From an uncultured Dorea sp. (lineage in GTDB: Bacteria; Bacillota; Clostridia; Lachnospirales; Lachnospiraceae): DNA of 64,000 nt. The number at the start of each line of letters is the position of its first letter. Positions within the stretch are counted from its first letter, which is position 1. A program made the translations under genes and the position numbers. Shown piece after piece: positions 51,113 through 59,474 of this stretch. The stretch lies in contig CANSLW010000001.1 in the NCBI GenBank assembly GCA_947647815.1, positions 215 to 64,214 on the forward strand. Direction: 5' to 3'. The notes under the pieces were generated by a model, which was given only the letters and a program-made list of their open reading frames with translations, was not told the origin of the DNA and did no database searches.

Positions 51113-51450
51113 AACAAATAAAGAATTGTGCCTTACATCAAGTTTCGTATATGTATTTTAAACATTCAATAATTAACGGTATTAGTACGCTAATGTTCAG
51201 AATATATGAAGATGCTTGTTGGTTTTGAGTTATTGCTTAATGAGCTGATTTATCATTTAGAAAGGTATTGGTTCATTTGGCAACAATTTTCTTTGCGGTT
51301 CATTAATGATAAGGAAGAACTCTTGATTTGTGCTTTGATATTCGCGAATAAAAAGTAGTTTTTATTCACAATTGAGTTTTTTAATGCATAAACATTGATG
51401 GAAGCACATACGAAATTTTAATAATCGAACGAAATGGAGCGAATCCTCAT

Positions 51451-51792
51451 ATGTGTTGTTATCGAATTAATACGGAAGTCTTATTGGCAAATTTATTTGC
51501 TAGATCTAAGGAATATCCAATTAGCTACTCTGTACCTAATGTTAATGGATATTTACATTTTTTGTCTGAAAAGTTTCCTACGTATTTAACCACAAATCTT
51601 TCGGAACAAGCGATTTGTGATTGTACTGTACAGTATCCGGAACTTTATCAGTTATCAAAGGATACGAATGGAAATATTGTTGTGAAATCGGGAGGATTTC
51701 GTCCAAATTTAGATTATTTTAATTCCGTTTATTCTGAAGGCGTATGTAATTATATTGAAAGTGTAACATATGCTTATCTGGAAACCTTGTAA
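51451..51792 (+). CDS. Hypothetical 113-aa protein, first gene of the islet operon
   Basis: Intact ORF with GGAG upstream; no family recognised. Confidence 0.65.
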   Translation: MCCYRINTEVLLANLFARSKEYPISYSVPNVNGYLHFLSEKFPTYLTTNLSEQAICDCTVQYPELYQLSKDTNGNIVVKSGGFRPNLDYFNSVYSEGVCNYIESVTYAYLETL

Positions 51793-51906
51793 CAAGAAGT
51801 TATCGTAGTAATGTGATTTTTGTCTGTGTTGCTATATGAATCTTCATACCCGTCTGACACATTGTTTCTGATGCCAGATGGGTAAATTTATTTTACATAC
51901 GGAGAA

Positions 51907-54903
51907 GTGATCGAAATGATGAATATGAATTTTAATCGCGAGATGAGTCATTATGATTGGGATAACCAAACAGTTTTTAAAGATGCTGTCTTAGGGTATA
52001 TTAATGTACCGAAAGCAGTTACCCATACCTTGATTGATCATAAAATTTTTCAGCGCCTGCGAGATGTGGCGCAGACTGGTATGGAAACACTCTACCCAGG
52101 AGCAACACATAATCGGTTTTGCCATTCTGTGGGCGTATATCATTTGGGAAAACTGGCATTCTACAATTTTCAGCAAAATGTAAAAAAGCAACATCGAGAT
52201 GAAATCTATTATAAAATAGCTAACATAGAGGAGGACTGTGAGCGTGTATGGAACCGTTGGCGTTTCCTTTTCGAAATGGCCTGTCTTCTTCATGACTGTG
52301 GCCATGCTCCCCTATCTCACGGACTGGAATTTCTTTATGATGTTTCCAATTCAGAGACAGGGACGGACGATGCAGATATTTTGCATAAACCAATCAATGC
52401 TAATCTGTTGGAAGCCTTTAATAGTAATGGCAATTTTCGAGACTGTTTTATAAAGCGAAACAAAGAGACGGGCACTTTACTTAACGAAGTTTGTGGTGCT
52501 CCTCACGAAAGGATGAGTGCCTGTTTGATTATTGCAGAAGGAGCAGATGGTTATAAGGATGCTCTCCGGAAGCTTATTGCTGATCAGATGCGTTATTTTG
52601 AGGAAACGGCATTAGCGAAAACTTACGAAAACAATTACTCGGATGAAGAATTTTTATCCGATTTAGAGTTTATGACTAGAATGATTATTGGTTGCAAATA
52701 CAATTCGAAATCCACATTCGAAGGCGAGGAAAAGGGGAATGAAAAAATTGTTTTTCCATTGCGCAATTGTATTATTGGCCTGCTGAATGGAATTATTGAT
52801 ACAGATAATATTGATTACAGTATCCGTGATGCGACTGCTTCCGGTTATAAAAGTGCACAGGTAGATTATGAGCGGTTGTTAAAATCTAATACAATTGCCC
52901 TTGCTTACGAACATAATGATTTAGAGTTGAAGGGGGAGCAATTCGACTATTCGGTTTGTTTAAAACATTTTGTGTCTGATTATGTTACGGAAGATTCTCC
53001 GCTTTCTATGACAATCAGTGGTAGTGCTACTTTAGTACTAAAATGGTCAGGGGTGAAAACGAAGAATGCGGAGCATGTCGGACTGAAAATAACTGGAGAT
53101 ATCTGGGAAGATGATGAACACAACAGCGATAAACGAGTCCGGGTGATCCATATTCGGGAGGAAAGTAGTATTAATTTGATGATATGGGATGGGCAGTTAG
53201 AGATAAGGCCACGAAACAAGAATTTAGGACGAGGTGCTCAATTATACTTGTATAGTCAAAACTTAAGTGGAAAAATAGAAGGTACTATTTTTGTGGGAAA
53301 TCAGTTCTCCCTAAGTCAAAATGATAGTGACTTGAAAACGCGGATTCAAAATGGAAAAATGAAAATTTTTCCAGCTTATCACAAAAGTGCCTTGAGCGTA
53401 ATACAAGGTGCCTTGGATGCTTCGAATTTTGAGTCAAGATGGATTTATTCTCATCATGCAACGACATATCTTAATAATTTTTTGAACGTATTTCTTTTGG
53501 AAAAATATGCAGATTTTTGTGTGGAAGAGGAATATTGTGAGTTACTTCGGAAAACGAACAACTTTATCGAATTCCATGAACGGTTTAAAGGCCAGGGAAA
53601 AGAATGCTTAAGTTACCAGGGGGCAGATAAAATCTTAGAACAGGCTGGGAAAGAGTTGAAAAATGCAAAAGATCGACTAAGTTCTCAAGCGAATCAGAAG
53701 AATGAAAAAGATGGTTTAAAGGTATCAAAAGATTGTCCAAATTCAATAAAACGAGGGTTAATTAAAGGTTTTTTGCCGGAAAGTTTACCAGATTTTAAAC
53801 ATGAATATGATTGGGAGATATTTGATGCCTTGCTACGTGTGCTTATTAAGCTTTGCCGACCTATTCCTATCGATTGGCCGATGCCAGGAGAGGAAAAAGT
53901 ATGCGCCAGTATCGATCGGATCATTAATGCGATTAATCATTTGGTCGATACCTCTGGGAATACAGTAGAGCTATCTTTATTGGAGAAGAAAGTATATCAA
54001 GAGTTGCGGAAACAGATTACTTCTCATGCAGATATCCGTAAATATGGCATGCCAACAATGAATGCATTATTAGGCATGAAAGATTCCCAATCGGTTTATG
54101 GACATCAATATTTCCGAACCAGTGATTCTGATTTGCGAAGCATGTATCACTGCTTAATGCAAAATGCAACTGACGAACAGAAAAAAACTCATAGTGATTT
54201 ATTTTATGCAATCGAACAATATGAATCACGGAATTATCTTGCACCCATGTGGAAATCCCATGCGGAATTTCATTTTTATGTGCAGGGGTGGAAAGATGAA
54301 TGGTTTCAAAAACGGGAAGTAAGGACACCAAATAAGGATTATTCTCAATCTTGGATCGAAAGCTTTTTTAATAATATTACTGCTCCATCAAATTATAATA
54401 ATGTTTCGATGTATACCTATTTTTCTGAACAGGAGTCTTGTTCGCTTACGCCGGTTTTAGCAACATTTTGGCAGTGTGCCAGAAAACTTTTTCAGTTAGA
54501 TATTTTGGTATATGTTCCTCAAAAAATAAAACATAAACGATTAAGTAACGATAGCACGTATGTTATCTGGAAAAACCGGGTAGTTACTTTGAAAGATATC
54601 GGACTTCAAACCAGTCATGCAGATGAGCATAGTTATTTCTATCTCTATTATCGGCTGACAAATGAAGCCGAAAAGTCGGGAACCATTCTAGACATTCCAG
54701 AGTTTATGAATTTTTTAAGGAAAGAACTGGATATTTGGATTGAAGCCGAAAAGGGGAAAGAGGAGCAAAGTATATATAAAGGTAAACCAGAAATTGAATT
54801 AAAGAAAGTTCCGAAGACAAAGATTGATAAGCAGAGCACATATGATGTCAATTCGGAAATATTACCGAAACAAGTTTCTAAGACGGAGGATATACAAGCA
54901 TGA
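51907..54903 (+). CDS. Large HD-domain phosphohydrolase (SAMHD1/dNTP triphosphohydrolase-like) with insertions
   Basis: FKDAVLGYI, FQRLRDVAQTG, YPGATHNRFCHSVG, LLHDCGHAPLSH, HERMS, DTDNIDYSIRD; start may be 51916. Confidence 0.85.
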   Translation: MIEMMNMNFNREMSHYDWDNQTVFKDAVLGYINVPKAVTHTLIDHKIFQRLRDVAQTGMETLYPGATHNRFCHSVGVYHLGKLAFYNFQQNVKKQHRDEIYYKIANIEEDCERVWNRWRFLFEMACLLHDCGHAPLSHGLEFLYDVSNSETGTDDADILHKPINANLLEAFNSNGNFRDCFIKRNKETGTLLNEVCGAPHERMSACLIIAEGADGYKDALRKLIADQMRYFEETALAKTYENNYSDEEFLSDLEFMTRMIIGCKYNSKSTFEGEEKGNEKIVFPLRNCIIGLLNGIIDTDNIDYSIRDATASGYKSAQVDYERLLKSNTIALAYEHNDLELKGEQFDYSVCLKHFVSDYVTEDSPLSMTISGSATLVLKWSGVKTKNAEHVGLKITGDIWEDDEHNSDKRVRVIHIREESSINLMIWDGQLEIRPRNKNLGRGAQLYLYSQNLSGKIEGTIFVGNQFSLSQNDSDLKTRIQNGKMKIFPAYHKSALSVIQGALDASNFESRWIYSHHATTYLNNFLNVFLLEKYADFCVEEEYCELLRKTNNFIEFHERFKGQGKECLSYQGADKILEQAGKELKNAKDRLSSQANQKNEKDGLKVSKDCPNSIKRGLIKGFLPESLPDFKHEYDWEIFDALLRVLIKLCRPIPIDWPMPGEEKVCASIDRIINAINHLVDTSGNTVELSLLEKKVYQELRKQITSHADIRKYGMPTMNALLGMKDSQSVYGHQYFRTSDSDLRSMYHCLMQNATDEQKKTHSDLFYAIEQYESRNYLAPMWKSHAEFHFYVQGWKDEWFQKREVRTPNKDYSQSWIESFFNNITAPSNYNNVSMYTYFSEQESCSLTPVLATFWQCARKLFQLDILVYVPQKIKHKRLSNDSTYVIWKNRVVTLKDIGLQTSHADEHSYFYLYYRLTNEAEKSGTILDIPEFMNFLRKELDIWIEAEKGKEEQSIYKGKPEIELKKVPKTKIDKQSTYDVNSEILPKQVSKTEDIQA

Positions 54904-57158
54904 GACAAGATGAATACATTTCCGCAAGTTATGGTATAAATTATGGTGGAATCCGTATTCGCGATAGCGTGTATGGGGACATTTTGATTCCGCAAAAATT
55001 TCTACCGATTATTGATAGCTATGCATTCCAACGCCTTCGCCGTGTCCGGCAATTGGCAACGGCTCAGTACGCTTTTCCAGGTGCTGATCATACTCGTTTT
55101 GCCCATTCTTTAGGTACGTTTTACGTGATGCAGCAGATCATCACTCATTTTGAAAATTATTTTCAAGAATTAGGGATGTTAAATTATATTGACCAAAATG
55201 AAAAAGATTTACTTTTAGTTGCTGCTCTTTTGCATGATTTGGGACATACTCCTTTTTCGCATGCAATGGAGGATGTTATGCGCAATGCAAAAAAGATTCC
55301 TCATGAGCAGTGGACAGTTGATATTATTGAAACGGAAGAAAAAGAAGGCGGATTGCTAGAAATTATTGAAAACCAATTCGGTAAAGGAAGTGCGAAGAAA
55401 GTTTCTGATTTGATCTTGATGCATCAGGAAAACAACTTGTTTTTTTCTTCCGAAGAGATGAATTTAAGCAGTATTTTTCACTCCTTAATTTCCAGTCAGC
55501 TTGATGCAGACCGACTTGACTATCTAAGAAGAGATTCGGTATCTACTGGTTTTTCTTACGGATTAATCGATATTGATCGGATTATCAGTGGTTTCCGCAT
55601 TGGTATTTTGGAAGATGGAAAGGCGGTTGTATGTGTCGCGGAAAAAAATCTCCCGGATGTGGAGGGATATTTGTATGCCAGATATCAGATGTACCGAAAT
55701 GTGTATCTCAAACCTTTCAAGATGTTAACGGAGGAACTGCTGAAAAAAATTATTTATTGTGTTTATGAACTTTATGATCAGGACAAATTAAAGATTTCTG
55801 ATTTGCCTTCTGGATTTAAAGCAGCACTCCAGCAGCCAATTATGGGAGTTATGGATTTTCTTTCTCTGGATGACTATGTAATTATGGGTGCCGTTAAAGG
55901 TTGGGCCAGCTTAACCGGTGAACATACCCAGATTCTTCAAAAGCTATGCCAATGTTTAATTTATCGGAGAGGGTATCAGCAGTATGAGTTTGTAGATGTT
56001 CAGCCGGAAACCATTCATTTTTTCAAAAGTGAGTTGATTGCTATTCTTAAACCATACATGTCAGAAGAATTTATCCAGAGGTTTCCAGAAAATAATTTAG
56101 ATGAGTGGATTAAGCAATTTCCATTTCTTGTCCTTAGAGTAGAATTTCCTCAGCTTTATAAGACGAATAAGGATAATATTTATATTCTTGAAAATAGCGG
56201 ACGTTTGGTAGAAATATCCGATTGTTCAAACTTGGTTCGGGCGTTCCCATCGTTGGATAGCAATGGTATAGGTGATCCAAAATCTGTTGTTTCTGCTATT
56301 TACTATAATCCAGAAATGTTGGAAATATATCTTAATGAAGCTACGGTTTTTCAATTCCCACAGGAAGAGAAATGGGATAAAATCAATGAAATTAAGGAAA
56401 AGGTGCAAAAATTGTTTGAACGGAATCAAGCTAGAAACTGTATTGAAATTGAAAAGAAATATTACATTCCTAATAAGAATGACTGGGAACAAACTAAAAA
56501 AGATTTTCTTACTTTCTTTGAAAAAGAAGGATACCATTATATTGGTAAACATTCTTTGGAATCATTACAATCGGTTACACAGATCGATTATTACTTGGAT
56601 ACCACTGATAATAAATTGTTGAAGGAACATTGTTCCTTGCGTATCCGTATCAATGGAACAAAAGCAGAGATCACTTGTAAACGGCCAGTAGAAGGAAGCC
56701 GCTCTAATGGGAGTATGGGACAAGTAGAACGTTACGAGTATGCTGCTCTGCTGAAAGATGTAGATCTTACTAATGAAGAAGCGATTTATTGCAGTGCTGA
56801 AAGTAAAGCATTTATCAGGCGTTATTTACAAGGTATGGTGGAATTCGAGGATTTGAAAGTAACGATTGTTATTAGGAACGAGCGTATTAAATGTCTTTTT
56901 CAAAAACAAGAAGTTAATAATATATCAGTTCGGGGATTGGAAAAATACGAGTTGGCCTTTGACTCAGTAAACTATAATAATTGTGAAAACAAAAAAATCT
57001 GTCAAGAGCATCAAGTTGAAATTGAGTTAAAATCGGATCCGCTTACCAGATTAAATATGCAGATGTTGACGAATCGATTGGAAAAAGAATTGGGAAAATA
57101 TGGATTGCATATTATGACAGATTCTAAATATGAGAGGGCAAAGAGGTTCACGATGTAA
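54900..57158 (+). CDS. HD-domain phosphohydrolase (SAMHD1-like) fused to a C-terminal CYTH domain
   Basis: IRDSVYG, FQRLRRVRQL, HTRFAHSLG, LLHDLGHTPFSH, HEQWT, DADRLDYLRRD; CYTH motifs EIEKKY, QIDYYLDT, LRIR, EIELK, SKYER. Confidence 0.88.
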   Translation: MRQDEYISASYGINYGGIRIRDSVYGDILIPQKFLPIIDSYAFQRLRRVRQLATAQYAFPGADHTRFAHSLGTFYVMQQIITHFENYFQELGMLNYIDQNEKDLLLVAALLHDLGHTPFSHAMEDVMRNAKKIPHEQWTVDIIETEEKEGGLLEIIENQFGKGSAKKVSDLILMHQENNLFFSSEEMNLSSIFHSLISSQLDADRLDYLRRDSVSTGFSYGLIDIDRIISGFRIGILEDGKAVVCVAEKNLPDVEGYLYARYQMYRNVYLKPFKMLTEELLKKIIYCVYELYDQDKLKISDLPSGFKAALQQPIMGVMDFLSLDDYVIMGAVKGWASLTGEHTQILQKLCQCLIYRRGYQQYEFVDVQPETIHFFKSELIAILKPYMSEEFIQRFPENNLDEWIKQFPFLVLRVEFPQLYKTNKDNIYILENSGRLVEISDCSNLVRAFPSLDSNGIGDPKSVVSAIYYNPEMLEIYLNEATVFQFPQEEKWDKINEIKEKVQKLFERNQARNCIEIEKKYYIPNKNDWEQTKKDFLTFFEKEGYHYIGKHSLESLQSVTQIDYYLDTTDNKLLKEHCSLRIRINGTKAEITCKRPVEGSRSNGSMGQVERYEYAALLKDVDLTNEEAIYCSAESKAFIRRYLQGMVEFEDLKVTIVIRNERIKCLFQKQEVNNISVRGLEKYELAFDSVNYNNCENKKICQEHQVEIELKSDPLTRLNMQMLTNRLEKELGKYGLHIMTDSKYERAKRFTM

Positions 57159-57436
57159 GAATATTTTATGAAGTGAGCAGGGCATGGAAAGCTAGGAATA
57201 TATAGAAAAATTTTCATTATAACATTTTTGCTTGACACTAATTTACCATTAATTTCATTCAAAATTAGTAATTAATGGACCACACTTCTCATGAAATTAT
57301 GTAGGTTTCAGTAGTTTTTCTTCGGAAAAATATTTGTTGACACTTATTTCAGAGGGAAAAGCTACGGATAACATAGCTAGATAAACCGAATAGTCAAAAT
57401 AAGAATATATTGCTTTGAGATGTCAAAAGTAATAAT

Positions 57437-57476
57437 AAAAAGGGCTGTCAGAAATGAATAATTCTGATGGCTCTTA
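57437..57476. terminator. Possible terminator after the HD-CYTH gene
   Basis: AAGGGCTGTCAGAA...TTCTGATGGCTCTT hairpin. Confidence 0.45.
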
Positions 57477-57581
57477 ACAATTAAGGATTAGGTCAAAATA
57501 TGTTTTGGTATCGTTTATAAAGAGAAAATAAAGGAATATTAAAAAAATATAAAAAATTGTTAGTCCTTACTTGACAGCATC

Positions 57582-57666
57582 ATTTGGCGAGAAGGTGAAG
57601 GCGTATCTGCGGCGTGGGGCGAGACCGCTGCCCGGATTTACAAAGTATCCAAATCCGCAGGTGGGG
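57582..57666 (+). pseudogene. Displaced/diverged 3' fragment of an S8 peptidase gene (right att copy)
   Basis: Translates FGEKVKAYLRRGARPLPGFTKYPNPQVG vs FGEKVKAYLRRGAKPLPGFDVYPNPQVG in the intact gene (25/28 identical). Confidence 0.8.
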
Positions 57667-57668
57667 GC

Positions 57669-57957
57669 GTATGGTAATATAGTGTCAAGTTAGCAAGGAG
57701 CCGATAAAATCAAGGGTTTCCGCTGATTTAGTCCTATAAAAAAGCTGCTGTAAAACAGCAAAAATGGATTGGAACGGGCCTGTTTTTAATCTGAACACCG
57801 AAGATCAAACAACTTGACACTAATATACCATTAAGCCGATTGGTATTAGAAAGGGTGTCGAAAAAGGAGTGATAACTGAATAGTTTAAGTTTAGGTAGGA
57901 CTAAATTAGCTTTTGAGACGGACAAGTTCCGTGTCTGTATGGCTGATTTAGTCCTAT
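57669..57957. repeat. Element-end repeats
   Basis: ATGGTAATATAGTGTCAAGTT (~57669-57691) is nearly inverted at ~57812-57832 (AACTTGACACTAATATACCAT); GCTGATTTAGTCCTAT direct at 57722 and 57942, inverted at 57896. Confidence 0.7.
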
Positions 57958-58006
57958 TTATTTTACACGATCAACAGACGGATCGCAACAGGAAACGGAG
58001 GCATAG

Positions 58007-58186
58007 ATGGAAAACAGGAAATTGACTGTTTACAGTGGAACCACCAGAGGGTACAACCTGATCCCCAAGATCATACTGCAAGGGCACTGGCTGAATGGCC
58101 TGGGGTTTTCCATAGGGGACAAGGTGGCGGTATCCTGTCAGCAGGATAAGATCATCATAGAACGGATCACAGAGGATCCAAAATAG
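58007..58186 (+). CDS. SymE-family type I toxin / AbrB-fold small protein (59 aa, missed by the ORF track)
   Basis: MENRKLTVYSGTTRGYNLIPKIILQGHWLNGLGFSIGDKVAVSCQQDKIIIERITEDPK; 'P.I.L.G.WL...GF..G..V.V' signature; GGAGG RBS. Confidence 0.75.
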   Translation: MENRKLTVYSGTTRGYNLIPKIILQGHWLNGLGFSIGDKVAVSCQQDKIIIERITEDPK

Positions 58187-58242
58187 CAGACACAAGGCGA
58201 TAGAGCAGGTAGCTGGCAAAGGCCAGGAGAAGGGAGATACAT

Positions 58243-58689
58243 ATGGCAGATATTAACAAAGTCTTTGAGGAAGCACAGAAACTGAAATGGAACATTGGGA
58301 GTCTTCTGAAACTTTCCGGTTATGAGAGGAACGGCGACCTGAGCGGTCTGAACATTGATTATGAGGACGGCGAACAGCTTTTTCTCACGGAGGAACTGCG
58401 GGGGATCATGGAGAAACTCGATGATGTGAACTGGAGATTGAAATACCTCTCCAGGCCGGTCAAAGAAGTCAGCTGCTTACATAAAAACCGCAGCGGCAGA
58501 TATGAGACATCTGGTGGGCATTCTTACACAAGCGGGCATGGCATCGAAGCTCTGGTGCCGGATGACTACTCAGACGTGAACTGCTGGGTGCGGACGCGGG
58601 TGGAACATGACGGAAAAGACTACTATCTGGTGGGACACCACGATGTGAGCATGGAAGGATTGACCGTCCGTATCAGAGAGGGGGTGTAA
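58243..58689 (+). CDS. DUF5348-like ICE protein
   Basis: C-terminal 'GRYE....YTSG..IE...WVRTRVEH...YYL...GLTVRIR'. Confidence 0.6.
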   Translation: MADINKVFEEAQKLKWNIGSLLKLSGYERNGDLSGLNIDYEDGEQLFLTEELRGIMEKLDDVNWRLKYLSRPVKEVSCLHKNRSGRYETSGGHSYTSGHGIEALVPDDYSDVNCWVRTRVEHDGKDYYLVGHHDVSMEGLTVRIREGV

Positions 58690-58691
58690 CT

Positions 58692-59474
58692 ATGGGAGCG
58701 ACTGTCTACTGCCTGTGTAATCAGAAAGGCGGATGTGCAAAGACCATGAGTTCCGTAAGCCTTGGTATCGGGCTGGCCCGTGAGGGAAAGAAAGTCCTCC
58801 TGGTAGACGTGGACGCGCAGGGTTCCATGACCGCAAGCCTGGGCTATCAGCACCCTGACCGTATGGAGGTCACACTGGCTACGATACTGGGCGCTGTCAT
58901 CACGGATTCCCCTCTGCCGGAGGGCGGGGGGATCCTCCACCATGAGGAAGGGGTTGACCTTCTTCCGGCCAACATCGAACTGTCCGGCCTTGAGGTCACT
59001 CTGGTAAACACCATGAGCAGGGAGACAATCCTGCGCCAGTATCTCCAGACTATCCGTGACGCATATGATGTGGTCATTCTGGACTGTATGCCCTCTCTCG
59101 GTATGCTGACGATCAACGCTCTGGCGGCGGCAGACGAGATACTGATACCTGTGCAGGCTCAATACCTTTCGATCAAGGGGTTGGAGCAGCTGATCCGGAC
59201 GATAGCGAAGGTAAAGCGGCAGATCAATCCGGGGCTGGCCATTTCTGGGATACTTGTCACCATGGCGGATATGCGGACGAATTACGCAAAGGACATCGTG
59301 GAGATCCTGCACAAGACTTACGATGGGAAATTGCGGATATTTGACAGCATTATCCCACTGTCTGTCCGGGCGGCAGAGACCAGCGCGGAGGGAAAGAGCA
59401 TTTATCTCCATGACCCCGCCGGTAAAGTGGCGGCGGCTTACCAGGCATTGACCAGAGAGGTGGTGGGCAGGTGA
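58692..59474 (+). CDS. parA: ParA/Soj partition ATPase
   Basis: NQKGGCAKT, VDVDAQG, LDCMPSLG. Confidence 0.9.
   Translation: MGATVYCLCNQKGGCAKTMSSVSLGIGLAREGKKVLLVDVDAQGSMTASLGYQHPDRMEVTLATILGAVITDSPLPEGGGILHHEEGVDLLPANIELSGLEVTLVNTMSRETILRQYLQTIRDAYDVVILDCMPSLGMLTINALAAADEILIPVQAQYLSIKGLEQLIRTIAKVKRQINPGLAISGILVTMADMRTNYAKDIVEILHKTYDGKLRIFDSIIPLSVRAAETSAEGKSIYLHDPAGKVAAAYQALTREVVGR

Larger units (their letters stand above)
50926..57602. mobile_element. AT-rich genomic islet without integrase, carrying the HD/HD-CYTH operon
   Basis: Flanked by a 21-bp perfect direct repeat inside the S8 gene 3' end; visibly more AT-rich than its flanks. Confidence 0.65.

Noticed and set aside
51907-57158. 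HD proteins as Cas3-HD, RelA/SpoT, HD-GYP or classical Dgt dGTPase
   Set aside because: No helicase, synthetase or GYP motifs; the N-terminal DxxxG/FQRLR..Q and HDxGHxPxSH pattern fits the SAMHD1/COG1078 type better.
57582-57700. oriT call for the GC-rich patch before the ICE
   Set aside because: Better explained as an S8 gene fragment by in-frame translation.
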